DNA from: Zancudomyces culisetae HAW-14-8
Taxonomy: Eukaryota; Fungi; Kickxellomycota
Assembly: GCA_052426225.1 (NCBI GenBank)
Contig: JBNJNM010000011.1
Location: forward strand, 2,852,001-2,916,000
Direction of reading: 5' to 3'
Length of the DNA stretch: 64,000 nucleotides
This document shows positions 11,063-23,426 of this stretch, in pieces. Below the pieces are notes generated by a model that ran no database searches, was not told the DNA's origin, and was given only the letters and a program-made list of their open reading frames with translations. The position numbers and the translations under genes were made by a program. Position 1 is the stretch's first letter; the number at the start of each line of letters is the position of its first letter.

Positions 11063-13880
11063 TTAGTAATCCATCCAGAACTCAGTAGGGAATACGTTCC
11101 TCATGATATACCAGTGATTGACAGCAACGTCGACCGTATACTTGTTAAAAACACCAAAATCACCATCATTGATTACAGCACCCACCGAATTATCGGATGA
11201 GCCAGTGGGACCAGCAGTACAACCGTCCAACAACAGTTCATTTTTTGCTAATGATTGCAACATCCTGGACCTAATTGAATGTCCAGCAAGTACCTCTTGA
11301 GGGAAATCGAACTTCACCGGAAGATCAGAGGCAAAGAACACCTAAATTTTTTTATTAGTCAGCGCGTAAATATAGAAAGCTGGGATGAGCATATAAATAC
11401 TTAAAAAAGGGATACCGACTGAACAAATTTTAGATAAATGTGAGAGTCGAGAGGGGGGAGGTAAAAAATGCAGCAAATGGTATATGCAAAAAATATGATG
11501 CTTACAATATTCTTGACGGTCTTTTGCTCCTTAGAATCACCCTTATCCAATGATTCAGTGTATAAGCGAACATTTTTGAATGCCGTAAGCAGTGTATTTT
11601 TTATCGAACAGAGTGTATGCTTGTCGTCATTAAAGGCAACGAAATTCTAAAATTATAAAGAAACGATAATTAGGCCATTTTTTAGAATACACACAGTACG
11701 CGAACACACAAACAAACAATACATGCTTCACAACCCCCCGATATATGTATGTTATTCTAATCGTGTAATAGTTATATAAATAATAATGTCAAAAGTACCA
11801 TTGCAAAGACACCATCAGGACGAAGTATTCGTTTTATCTGTTGTAATACTTGAACCGAAAACAAGTGTGGAGAAATGAATCCATTGGAGAATATGTCGTG
11901 AATCACGTAGTCATAGGTGCTGGTTGTATTGAATATAAAATGTCTCCCGTCAGAGATATGAATCGCATTCAAATCGTTAGGGAGATCAAAGTAGTTAAGC
12001 GCCGAGTGAACAACTGCGGCGTCATACTCTACTACATCTACAACCACATTTTGTTGATGTAGCGATTTTGCCGATACACCAATACCCAGGCCACTATAAT
12101 ATTTGTGCATTGGCAAGATGGGTTAGTCAAATATCGACACAGGATGATAAAATATAGTACATAATAACACTTACAGTTGGAGCGCAGCCTCAAATTTTCT
12201 TGGTGTGGGTGGCTTGACGTACCGTACAGCTATGTGTTATCATTATTCAAGTTAAGTTAATTAGGAAAACCAAAACAGCTATCCCAACTACATAATACTC
12301 TCCCCCCCCCCCCCCACACACACACATAAAGTCGTACATATCTATCTGGAGTATTACTTACCATCCAAATAATAAAAGTTTCCGTAGATACTCTCGCCGG
12401 TGGAATTCCAAACTCCTCCGATAATCGAATGCCCGGCTCTCAAAACACGAAACTTGATTTTATTGGTATCGTTGTCTTTATTTTTTATATTTTTGAAGAA
12501 ATCGGCAACAATGACCCAGCCAGAGATGGATTCAACTCTGGATATTAAAGTAAATCCGTTTGTTTCAGAGTGTTCGTTGTGCTTCCACGTCAAGATTGAT
12601 GAGCATTGAGGGTTTCTGTAAATTGTGTTATATGCAATAAAAAGCACAAATACAAATGGGGAAATAGAGAAAAAAGTCCGGAAGCTTTTAAATTTACTTT
12701 TTGCCCTCGCTGCAAGTCTTTTGCGTTTGGCATCATTGAGATCTACGGTGGGTTGCTCCTGTTGTTCCTGGTTTTGATCGTGTTGGTGTTGAGCACTGGG
12801 GCTTGACAATTCAGAAATCCGACGCTCAAATCGGGTTTTATCGATGTTTAGTTGGTAAAAAGACAGGCCTTTAAGAATAATAGACCCCAAACCTAAATGA
12901 ATAGCATAAAATAGAATACTTGAGCAGGCAGAGAACCTTTTGTGACCCAGAATTCTACTAGCAACCATTGCTGCTGATCCACTGGTTAAATAAACCAACG
13001 TATCCAAGATTGACGATCCTGAAAGCACTGCATTGTAAAAAATCATTGTGGCCATAAAAATTGCAAAAAGGTATCCAAAGCCCATAAGTCCATTGTTTGC
13101 TTTAAGAGAAATAGCCTTGGCACAAATCATGGTGACACCACCACCCAGGAAGAGATATACCGGATAATCAAAAAAAATGTGTACGAGAAGTGGACCATAA
13201 TAAGGTCCAAGGTATGTGTTATTTTCGGGTGTAAACAATGTTGCTGAGAGTAAGTTTGGGGTGGAAACTAAGAAAACACCAATTAGGTCGAATATCAGAC
13301 TGATGGCGTATAGGATATCCGTGTCAAGTTTATGAGGATACCAGTTATTTTCTCTTGTGATGTTGATAATCAAGTCTGAAGTAGTTTTGCTATCTTGTGT
13401 ACCAATACTATCACCGGTATCGCCGCCAGCTTTCTTGTTAGATTTGGATCCCTTTGGATTCTGTTGTTGCTGTAACTGGTCTGTCTGCTTTTTCAACTTA
13501 TTTACTAAATCTAGATTTTTAAGACTACATAGCCTAACAAAGATCAGGTCAAAATAGTGGCTAGAGAGCACACTACCCAAAAAGACGCAGAAAATCCGAA
13601 TAATTAAATGTTGATTTTGAAAGAAACCAACTTCACTAGGTATAACTGCACCGTAAATAGGTTCGAGATATTGTGCCCCTAAGATGTTTAAGCCAGAAAT
13701 GGTTGAAATGATGGTGTATGAAATTATTAAAAGCCCAAGTATCAACGGAGGTTCGGTGTTCGCATTCATCATTTGTTCAAACGTTGATAGTGTGAGTGAA
13801 GGGCCTTTGTCTCCTTCCTTAGTACCGTCGCTCGGTACCTGTTGCGATTCCGATTGTGGCTTTCGACTCCTTATTTCCAT
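11063..13880 (-). CDS. Multi-pass membrane protein fused to spermidine-synthase-like class I SAM-dependent transferase domain (exons 13880-12362, 12229-12175, 12093-11799, 11646-11506, 11341-11063)
   Basis: All four introns are GT-AG and frame-consistent. Motifs ALQLGLGIG, VDVVEYD, DGRHFI, YDYVIHDIFSNG and VLRAGHSIIGG. Several TM helices in the N-terminal half. Confidence 0.85.
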
Positions 13881-14290
13881 AATTTCTGTTTTTTTATGTA
13901 TTAGATAAGAGTATAAAGATTACGACCTTAAATATCTGTTAGCAAGCCCCTGATAGCTATTGAAAAAGTAAAATGGTTCAGTCAAATAATGTATTTAAAG
14001 ATAATAAAGTATACTGGTAGTTAAACTTGACCCCTGGAAACCATGGGAATAGGCGCTGATTATTTTCTTTTTATATGCATGAACTGGCCTAAGTTTCTGG
14101 CGCATGTCACTGCTCATGCTGAGCCCCTGTTTTTTATTTTTATTTTTTTTGAAAATAAAGCGATCGTATTTATGTAACCAGTAGAAGGAGTTATAACCAA
14201 ACAAAATCAAAAAATTGAAACTGCTTTGCAATGCAAATGTGGGGGCCATACCAAAGGAAGCTAGAAAAAAAACCTTTATAGTCACAATCC

Positions 14291-14365
14291 CAAAAAAAAA
14301 ACAAGTGTTATTAGAGCTTAAACAAAAAAAAAACAAGTGTTATTAGAGCTTAAACAAAAAAAAAA
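14291..14365. repeat. Perfect 32-bp tandem duplication (2.3 copies)
   Basis: CAAAAAAAAAACAAGTGTTATTAGAGCTTAAA at 14291-14322 and 14323-14354, plus a partial third copy. Confidence 0.9.
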
Positions 14366-14382
14366 GAAAAAGGTGGTGTAGA

Positions 14383-17340
14383 TCAAGAATATGATGAGAG
14401 CTGTTTGATACAGTCACTGATAACAATGTAGCTTGACTTTATATTATTATCAATAGCAAATGGTGAAGACGCAGAGCGTGAGTTTGAGGATGAAAGAAGA
14501 TCGTTTAGAGCGTTGATTAAGGGGCTAACCTCCCTACTGGCTCTCAACTTATTTTCAGCACTGTGGGAAACCAGTGCATCCAAAACGGAGTAAAAGCTAT
14601 TCGAGATTTTGGAAAAGTAATCCAACAGGCTGGAAGAACTCAGTGGGAGGGTTGAATACAAATCCACGCAGGCATCAACTAATGTAGTCGCTATCTTCAT
14701 CAGGATATCCCGGTATATTCTCGGTTCCAAACCCAGCGGCTCTTTTTCGATTGTGGAAAGAACAACATCGAGCTGGCGCTTAAAGCGGGGAGCAACAACC
14801 TCTTGTGTCTGTTTTAAAAGGGTCTTGGTCAAGGGGAGACCGTAGAGTGGAGAGTGGTGCAGAGCCCAAAACTTGACATTGGACAAGTACACGTCGTAAG
14901 ACCGCATCTGGATCAACGCATTTAGGTATAGGCGCGTAGCAGCGGCAGAAATGGTAACAGTGGCAGGGTAGTACGGATCCAGCGAATCAACCATATCGGC
15001 ATTACCACTAGTATCTTTTACTGGTGGGCGTTTGCGGGATGGAACCAAGGATCTGATCCTGGAAGCATGAGTCTTCATGTGGGTAATGATTTTGTCGGCC
15101 ACTTTAACCTGATCACCGCCTTTTAGGACGGCCTCTTGCACTTTGATCTCTAAATTCACCATTTCCAAAACCAAAATGGGATTTCGCAGTAAATAGGCTC
15201 TTATTATTTCCCGTATTTGAGTCATTTGTAAATTCTCTAATGAAACACTTGAGCCGGGTGTAGAGCCTTGGGTTGGTTGTTGTTGATCAGGATCAAAAAT
15301 GGTTGGTGCCAACAGAACATGAACCAAACCAGCCAAGTCCTGGCTACGCACTACCGCTCCATGCGTCTTCTCCATTTCCATATATATTTCACAAAATGCC
15401 TTGCCCATAACCAATCCTTTTATACAATCACGTGCCAAGACGATTTTGGTAAGATCTTTAAGCAACTCGGGATCGAATAGTCGAGGCTGTAGTCGGATTC
15501 CACGGCATACACGTTCCTCTTGTTGCACAAGCTTGCCCCACGTTTTAACACTTGCTGCTTCGCCTTGCTTAGCCTCAGCTACTAATTCTTGAAGAGTAAT
15601 TCTTAGCTTCGTAACATTTAACCTTTCTCGAGCCTTTTCGAACTGGCCACCACCCGTTTTTCCCAGTAATGAAAAGTATCCCGGGGGTAATCCATAGCTT
15701 AAATGTCTCATATCTCTTAAAAATTCTGTTTCCGCCGACTTTGCCGCTATTGGTGCCCCATCCTCCTCAGCCGTATCTTTTGAATCAGTACTCAAGTTTC
15801 TTCCCAGTAGATTATTTTCCAATTCTGGTTTTTCCTCGAAAATTTCGCATAGGTGCTTTATCTGCGCGCTGTGACTAAGTACTTGCTTTAATATTTCTTG
15901 ATCGCTTTCCTTGCTGTCATTACCGTTCAACAGCTCGTTCACAAAATCTAGTGCTTTCAGTGCGCCTTCTTCCAACCTTCGCGTGTATATATCAGCTTCA
16001 ATCTTTGTCTCCTTTTCCGAGTCCTTTTTGTGTATAGCTATATTACTTAGTATCCTATCAGTCATCACATGAGTATATAAATCTCCACAGTCCGATAACG
16101 AAAATACAACTTCTTGGTCCTTCAGGCTCCCCGAAACCAGCCCAACTATTGATCCAATATCATCAGCTGCTGTTCTATCTGCAACAACCCGGCTTGTATA
16201 TCCCATTGTTTCATCGATTCTTATGTTGTGCAATCGGTAATGCCGATCGCTGCTTCCCGTATTTATCAAATCCAAATGACTTTTACTCCAACAAACCTTT
16301 GTCACTGTTCCGTTTATCTGATTCTTACCTATAACTGCCGCAACGTCCACCCCAGCTCCCATTTTATTGCCACCAGTGAATCTAATGTCCCAGATATTAA
16401 CCACTCCACCATCTCCTCCCGATGCTATCCAATATGGAACGAATGGTGACCAGCTTATGTCGTTTATTGCCAAGCCCTGACCATCGTTTTGCATCTTCCA
16501 AAAAATCCCTCTCCCCTTTTTACGAAGATCCAAAATACTAATACCACCATCTGTGCTTCCGCTCAATATTTGACTATACGGATTGTGTGGGCTCCATTCA
16601 GCAGTGAAAATTGGTTGTCCCGCCATCTTCTCAATTCTAATCGCCTTACTATTTCTATTAATATCCCATACATTTACTGTACCGCTTAAACAGGATAAAA
16701 ATGTTGTTGTTTTTGCATTTGCCCTATCAAGTACCCTCCACGCACCCCCGCTTCCATCGCCACCATCATCTGTGCTTATAGTTCCCGGACAAAATGCAAC
16801 ACAACCCACTCTTCTACTAGCAATATGATTTCCTGGCGCTGCCGTTTCAACGCTTTTTGCTGCCTTATTCTTATATGTTTCAATACATTTTACCACCCCT
16901 TTACCGCCTCCATTGTTTCCTTCGCCTTCGCCTTGATTGTTTTGCAAGAGTTGTGAGCTTGAAACTTGATACAGTATCGACGCGCCCCTCTCCGTTCCTG
17001 TTATCAAAAAGTCGTCCTGGTAGCTTAATGAATATATCGGAAAACGGGAGGCAAAGAATGCTTTTATTTTCAATTCTGTCTCTCTATTCCTTTCATGTTT
17101 AGCCTCCACAAAAAATAAATTGGTATCGTAGGATCCTGATCCAACTGCTATCAATGGCAGATTGTTGGATATGGCTAAGCTCGTTGTAAATCTCGATTCT
17201 TCTGGTAGTGGTAAACTCGTTGATTTTAATCCCTCTATATCTGCAAGTTGCGAGGCTAAATATTCTGTTCTCCAAGCGCTCAAGCCCGCAAAATCTCTTT
17301 TAATTCTTTCCACTGAGTTGTAGCTCTGTTGTATTTCCAT
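14383..17340 (-). CDS. WD40-repeat protein with long helical C-terminal region
   Basis: Single long ORF (track start TTG 17367; first ATG 17340). WD repeats GTVNVWD, ILSGSTDGGISILDLR, ISWSPFVPYWIASGGDGGVVNIWDIR and VCWSK...TGSSDRHYRLHN. Orthology not assigned. Confidence 0.85.
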   Translation of the reverse strand: MEIQQSYNSVERIKRDFAGLSAWRTEYLASQLADIEGLKSTSLPLPEESRFTTSLAISNNLPLIAVGSGSYDTNLFFVEAKHERNRETELKIKAFFASRFPIYSLSYQDDFLITGTERGASILYQVSSSQLLQNNQGEGEGNNGGGKGVVKCIETYKNKAAKSVETAAPGNHIASRRVGCVAFCPGTISTDDGGDGSGGAWRVLDRANAKTTTFLSCLSGTVNVWDINRNSKAIRIEKMAGQPIFTAEWSPHNPYSQILSGSTDGGISILDLRKKGRGIFWKMQNDGQGLAINDISWSPFVPYWIASGGDGGVVNIWDIRFTGGNKMGAGVDVAAVIGKNQINGTVTKVCWSKSHLDLINTGSSDRHYRLHNIRIDETMGYTSRVVADRTAADDIGSIVGLVSGSLKDQEVVFSLSDCGDLYTHVMTDRILSNIAIHKKDSEKETKIEADIYTRRLEEGALKALDFVNELLNGNDSKESDQEILKQVLSHSAQIKHLCEIFEEKPELENNLLGRNLSTDSKDTAEEDGAPIAAKSAETEFLRDMRHLSYGLPPGYFSLLGKTGGGQFEKARERLNVTKLRITLQELVAEAKQGEAASVKTWGKLVQQEERVCRGIRLQPRLFDPELLKDLTKIVLARDCIKGLVMGKAFCEIYMEMEKTHGAVVRSQDLAGLVHVLLAPTIFDPDQQQPTQGSTPGSSVSLENLQMTQIREIIRAYLLRNPILVLEMVNLEIKVQEAVLKGGDQVKVADKIITHMKTHASRIRSLVPSRKRPPVKDTSGNADMVDSLDPYYPATVTISAAATRLYLNALIQMRSYDVYLSNVKFWALHHSPLYGLPLTKTLLKQTQEVVAPRFKRQLDVVLSTIEKEPLGLEPRIYRDILMKIATTLVDACVDLYSTLPLSSSSLLDYFSKISNSFYSVLDALVSHSAENKLRASREVSPLINALNDLLSSSNSRSASSPFAIDNNIKSSYIVISDCIKQLSSYS

Positions 17341-18374
17341 TCTTGTACTGCTAATAGATTTTTTCAAATAATAAACGTATAGATTTTGTGTTATTTCTGT
17401 GATAAGCGCCTGTAGCGGATAGAAATAGTTCGGTATTCACAGCCGATGTATAATTGTGTGAGTCAGGAAAAGCATATGATTTATACTGGGCTGGACCAAT
17501 CGGCTAAAAAGTATTATCTGTTTTGCTAGTAGCAGTGTTACTGGCGGTGATAGAAATTTTGGTTTCGATTTTCGCGCTTTTTTGCTATCTTACTGCTATT
17601 TTACCTGAAGTAAAGGTTATTTTAAGGAAAGAGTCAGCTAAATTTAGCACAGTATTTTATTATTGTACTTTCAATCTTTTGTGGTTTGATGGTAAGGAGT
17701 TGTACAATAAAGAGTTAAAGCTGAGAATTAAAAAGTTGAAGGTAAAATGGTCGGCAAAATCTCTGCTTTTGTTTTTTTTGTTCAAAATTTACAAAACAGC
17801 TATTGGTTATTTTGTTAACTTCAATTTTCGTTCTGCAAGCATAATTGGCTAATATTTTTGGAAATTGCAAATAAAAGAACCAGATTCAGTTTTGTTAAAA
17901 CAAATATTATGTATATGCTCACCACAGCCCATGTTCAACAGCTTAAAATTAGGTGATATTTATTATTTACAAAGTCTCTAGGATACTTCTGGCCTAGAAA
18001 ACTCACATAGCTGTGACTGAAAGCGCTTTGCATCAGCGGTTGATTTGTTCAAAGCGTTATAAAGTATCCCGCTTACTTTGCAGGTCAGAAAAAAGCAGAA
18101 AAGACAAAGTAAACCAACTACGTCAAAAAATACAAAAATAAATAAAACGGTGGGGAGGGCAAGGGTGGAAGGGTGGGTGGGGGAAAAAAAACGAGGCTAT
18201 ATTCAGTGTTGGCGCATAACGGAAAAAAAGATTAACATTAAACATTCTAAAAGTTGAAAAAGCTCTATGCACCAAAATTAACGGTAAATGAGTGGATTAC
18301 AAAGGTAGTTATATACAATGATTTTGTACATGGAGGTATAAGTGATTTAGATAATATGTATGGGATTTTGTAGA

Positions 18375-19763
18375 TTAATTTGGAGGAAACCAACTTTGAG
18401 TAAACTGCTGGTATGAACTCGAAAAACCTAACCACCCCTCTACGTCACTTTGGTCTGGGTTAAAAGTACTAGATATCTCTTTTTCGGTTAAAGAACTGGG
18501 TTCATTAAAAATGGGAATGTTTGAAAACGGATCCTCATTTTCTTCAGTATTGCGTGGTGAGTATATTGCAAAATCGTATGGTTTGCTGTAACTCTGCTCA
18601 TCAACCGCTGTTTCGTCAGGTTCATAACTTAGTCTATGTTTTGAGTGTTTACTTCGTAGTCCTCTAAGCCTATAATCCAGAGTACCACGCGTACTATTGG
18701 AGTCATCCGTTTCTTCCTGGTTTACTTTAACCCACTTTTGTTGAATAGAGTCAAAATATATTTTCTCGCTGCTCTGAGTCAAGGTTTTTCGGTTCTCAAG
18801 CCGATTTCTAGATTTTTTAGTGTTTAATTCATATTCGCCATTACTAGTCTGTCTATCCTTACAAACCTCACCAGTGATCCCAGTACCATTACCATTGTCA
18901 TCACTAGTAGTGACTACCTCTATACTACCTCTTATATCGTCATCCCACTCACTGCCTTTCTTATAAAACCTTTCCATTTCCTGTTCAAACGTAGCATCAA
19001 ATACATTTTCTTCTGCCTCATTACCAACCCACATTTTTCTTACCGGATCATAAATCATTTTACCAACAATTCTGGGCTCGTTAATGTTTCCCATATTTTT
19101 TATTAATGACACTCTTCCCGAGCCAGAATGTTCTCTTTTTGTTACAATTTTTGCTTTATATATTACATGTTTACCACCGGTTTCTTCTGCTGGGGATGAT
19201 GGGCCTGTGGGTTTTTCATATGCCCTGTAGTGGCTACTACTTCCCTCGTATCCATCTTCGCCGCCATCCTGGGATATATATTTCCGGTATCCATACTGGT
19301 TTTCTGGACTGAAGGCTGTATTAATTGAATCTTTTTCTATCACATATCTCGTATTGAATTGCGGAAGGTCATCACCATTTTTAAACAAATCATTACTACC
19401 AATAAATCCCCATCTATCTCCATACTCGCTGCCAAAACCTGCACTCGTCGATTCTCCTTGACGATCGTCCAAGTCGGATTTTCGATTTTTCAGGAATGAC
19501 GGTAGTTCATTTTCAGACACCTCGCTTTCATTCTCCCACATCTTATTTACAATCTCGTCCAAATTATCCTCAGTCTCCAAATCATATGCTTTTGATGCAA
19601 AACTCGAATTTCTTGATGCGATTCTGACAAAGGGCTTATGAATGCTTAGTCCATCCTTATCACCTACAGCGAGCTCTTCGGCCCGCCCGAACTCTATGCC
19701 ATATTCTGGATTTTCATCCAATTCGGTTTCCTCATACTCTCTCAGAAAACCTAGGGCATCCAT
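18375..19763 (-). CDS. byr4: Byr4/Bfa1-like two-component GAP scaffold (SIN/MEN, spindle position checkpoint)
   Basis: Two imperfect Byr4 repeats: LIKNMG...VGKMIYDPVRKMWVGNE...FD and KIYFDSIQQKWVKV...EDPFSNI. The rest is disordered and acidic. Confidence 0.75.
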   Translation of the reverse strand: MDALGFLREYEETELDENPEYGIEFGRAEELAVGDKDGLSIHKPFVRIASRNSSFASKAYDLETEDNLDEIVNKMWENESEVSENELPSFLKNRKSDLDDRQGESTSAGFGSEYGDRWGFIGSNDLFKNGDDLPQFNTRYVIEKDSINTAFSPENQYGYRKYISQDGGEDGYEGSSSHYRAYEKPTGPSSPAEETGGKHVIYKAKIVTKREHSGSGRVSLIKNMGNINEPRIVGKMIYDPVRKMWVGNEAEENVFDATFEQEMERFYKKGSEWDDDIRGSIEVVTTSDDNGNGTGITGEVCKDRQTSNGEYELNTKKSRNRLENRKTLTQSSEKIYFDSIQQKWVKVNQEETDDSNSTRGTLDYRLRGLRSKHSKHRLSYEPDETAVDEQSYSKPYDFAIYSPRNTEENEDPFSNIPIFNEPSSLTEKEISSTFNPDQSDVEGWLGFSSSYQQFTQSWFPPN

Positions 19764-22458
19764 TCTTTGGTTTCATCAATCTTTAGTTTCACTCTTGTTT
19801 ATTGTGATTCAAATCCGTTTTGATACAAATACTAATTGTTATTTTCACACCAGCCTTTGTAAATATCGGTAGTGTAATAGCATTAATGTTGACTTCTTAT
19901 ATCATGGGCGTAAAGAAATTGAAAAGAGCAGTAAGTAATCTGTGTTTACTTTACTTGCCCCGGTCAGATATCCATAAATACAATGAAAGAGTCTATTAAG
20001 TGACTCGGGATAAAGGCTTCAATGGAGCTTCAGCTTTATTTCAATAGAATAATTGCAATCTATATGCTAATGTAATTACATGTTTGGAACAATGGAATTA
20101 GTATAGGAATTCCGAATTCACACCAATTGCATTCAAACAATTGCTCATCTGCTTTACAACGATTTCGGCTAAAGAAAAAAAAATTTTTATTTGTGAAACA
20201 ACACAAAACACTAAATTTTGAAGTCTAATTTAGTCAATTCTGTGCCCTTTCATGCTCTACTTTAGACCAATTCTGGCATTTGTGCACTCTAGAGTTTGAT
20301 TGTCACCTTTTATGTTTTGCAAGTTAATTTTTTGTGCTACACATTGGACAATAATGGCTGGATTTTTTTTGAAATTCCACCTATGTTGATACACCAATTT
20401 CAAAGTTTTGTAGTATTACCTAATTATCCTGATTGCTGTGTAATCTGCGGCTCTCCAATTTATTAATTGTTCACTGACATAACACCAGTATATTTCGCCT
20501 AATGTGGTAATGATAAAAATGAATTCAATTTTGCCAAATGTAAATGGGGGGGTACTTCATTACGTCAATTTCTGGACAAAATAACTGCATCGATTCGCTC
20601 ATCTTTGTGAGAAAAGAAGGGCACTTGGTTAACAAGGGGAAATCAGTTGATATCATTTGACCACCGCCATCAATATTTTTTAGTTAGCATCATCTACATC
20701 CTAGTGATATTCGGGCGGACTTGCTTAAGTAAAATCAGGTTTGAGTTCAGTCGAGTTGCTTTTTTTGGGGGTGTTTTTTTCCGTTTTGTTCAAATGATTT
20801 GCAATTTTTTGGAGTAATTTTGAAGATAAACAAGGCAAGCCGGCTCAATAAAGAAGCGTTAAAATTATAGCGAGTTTTTTTGTGGTTATGCCAGCGTTGA
20901 TATGTGTACAATGGGATACAAAAATTCTTATACTCATGTAAATCTTAAAAGCAAACAAATACTCATTCAGGCCAGTAAAAGAAGCTTGAATCCATTAGTT
21001 TATTTTTAGGTAATGGTTATTTTGTATTTGTTTTTTTTTTTACATAGAACACTGCTTTATGATTCCTATTATTAAAAGAGCGTCCCCAACACCCAATAAA
21101 TTGGATCATGCGGATGTCTTGTTAAATTTGCTTTTCCTCACGCCTTGGTTCATTTTTGCGTAGATTTGCCTCTTTCTGCATCATTTTTTTTACTTTTGTT
21201 TGGTTTGGTTTGGTTTTGTTAAACCATCTTTTATATTCACTCCAATTTATTTATGATTAGCACCAGCAAATTTTAATTTCCGAACCGCCTTGTCTAAATT
21301 TAAGCCTTGAAAAGAACACAAATAAAAATCTTCAATATTAAAATTGCAAATATACTTTTTTTAGACTTTGCAACTTCGAAGATACTTGGGCACAGCGCGC
21401 TCATTTGCAACCTTACACGTGTTTTAGTCTGATGGTCTAAACTAAAGCAGTAAAGTAACAAAAGATACAAACCAAAACTTAGAAAAAAAAAGTTAAAGAC
21501 ACACAAGACACTTCATACTCAAAAGCATCGAACATACCTCAGCATCCATTATTTTTGTGCTACCATAACCTCTTTACACTACAACTCATGGATATTATAT
21601 TTGAAGTTGTGCTTTACATTATTTACAAACCAAAACTTTTGTAGCCAAATCTTCTTCCTCATCAATTGGTGTACAATTTCAATTATAGATATATCCTGTA
21701 ATGGCTGTTAAACGGATTTAATTGCACATCATGACGCGCGTTGTTCATTTTTATAAACACCTCGATACATGGTACACGTATTTTCATCAACTAGTACCAA
21801 AGTGCTCTTTTCGTTTTGTTTACATTTGTACTAGTCATTTCCCTTTTTGTTTATCAAAAAATCACTTTGTGCTAATGTCATCATGTAATTAGACCACAAG
21901 CTTTTACTAGGCCGCCGAACCAGAAAATTAAGCATTATTACCTACCACCCCCTTCACCAACTTCCACTAAAATAAAACATGTCTACGAACAATAAGCAAA
22001 TAATTTTGTGCTGGAGTAAAAGATATTAACAGATCGTACAGTATAGGGCGTGTAAATCAAAATTGTTAAGCGTCTTTTTTAATATGCAATGGTAGTTGAG
22101 GAGATCATCTACAAGATAAATTTAAATAATCATCACACATGAGGTCACCATAAATCGGCTCTTTTTCAATTAGCACACTGGTACATACGTCGTTTACATA
22201 TACAAACCACATATTGCGGTTAACCATTGTGCTTATAGAGTCAATTTGGTATCAACTTCGTATGAAAGCAAAATTTGGTTCTCAAGTATACCAGTCGTCT
22301 TCATTTTTAATTTTGAATACCATACGGTTTCATTTTTTATTCTTTAATTCAGTTTTAGAGAAACAAGGCATAATTTTGAAGAGAAAAGGGAACCCATGAT
22401 AAAAAAATAATATTAAAAGAGGCTGTCAAATTCTCAGATTCTCAGCAAAAATGGGGTA

Positions 22459-23426
22459 TTAATGATGAGATTTTGGGCAGCAACTGCTGGAAAGGATGCT
22501 TTTGAATCCGCTAGCAACAATAGTGAAGGCCTCGTTTGCGCGTGCAGCAACAGCAGAATCTTGCCATTCTCCTCTGGCAGCACACCAACCGTGGATCATG
22601 TCGTCAAATCTTTGCATATAGCACAGTTTTCCAAATGGTTTGGCCTGGATAAGCTTGAAATCCTCAGTAAAATCTCTCTCATTCTGTGAAGGCAAAACAA
22701 TCATTGGTGCGTTTGCTTTTTCAAAGTCTTCGGCTACCAAAAGCGATGGGTGAACACAGGCACCACCTTTATATGAGGGATCGTGCGCTGAAGCTGCCAT
22801 AACCATTTTAGCGCCCCAGCAAAAGCCGATTAGGAAAATATTTTCGGCACCATTATCTTGCAAATATTTTTTGGCTAATTTAAAGTCTGACTCAAGAATT
22901 TCCCAGGTCCCTTTTCTTTTAACATAATCCATAAACTTGTTACCATCACCTAACATTTCATTAGTTGGTGGATCGTTGCGAAGAAAATCGGGCATTATTA
23001 CCCTGTATCCTGCCTTGGACAAGATGTCACATCCCTGGTACGCGTTTGGGCTATATATGATTTCATTTTATTTGAGTCAAAATTCGTTTTTATATCTGGG
23101 TATATATAGAGTTACGAATACTTACTGGTTTGTGAATACATCATACACGTATAAGATGGCATTTTTGCTAGCCTAACAAGTACGATCGAAAGCAAATAAA
23201 GATGTTAGTTTTGTGAAAACAATATAAATAGCTGTACAGCTTTTTTTGCTTGATGAATGTGACTGTACAATAACAACGAAAAAAAAAACAAAGAATAAAG
23301 AATAAAGTTCACCTTATCACCAACAACATAGCAATCGAGATCATCTTTCAGTTTGAAAGTCTCGCCAACTGGCGTGTATTTAGCCTGTACTGGAGGTGTG
23401 TTACAACATTCCTTGATGAAAGACAT
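22459..23426 (-). CDS. Dienelactone hydrolase family protein, AIM2-like (exons 23426-23313, 23172-23126, 23050-22459)
   Basis: N-terminal CCNTPP, YDVF, MPDF, nucleophile motif GFCWG, HPS and catalytic HGW. Introns are frame-consistent. Confidence 0.92.

Noticed and set aside
19904-20003. Micro-gene MGVKKLKRA followed by a GTAAGT donor
   Set aside because: No plausible downstream exon giving a meaningful product; the implied intron (about 37 nt) is far shorter than others in the window.
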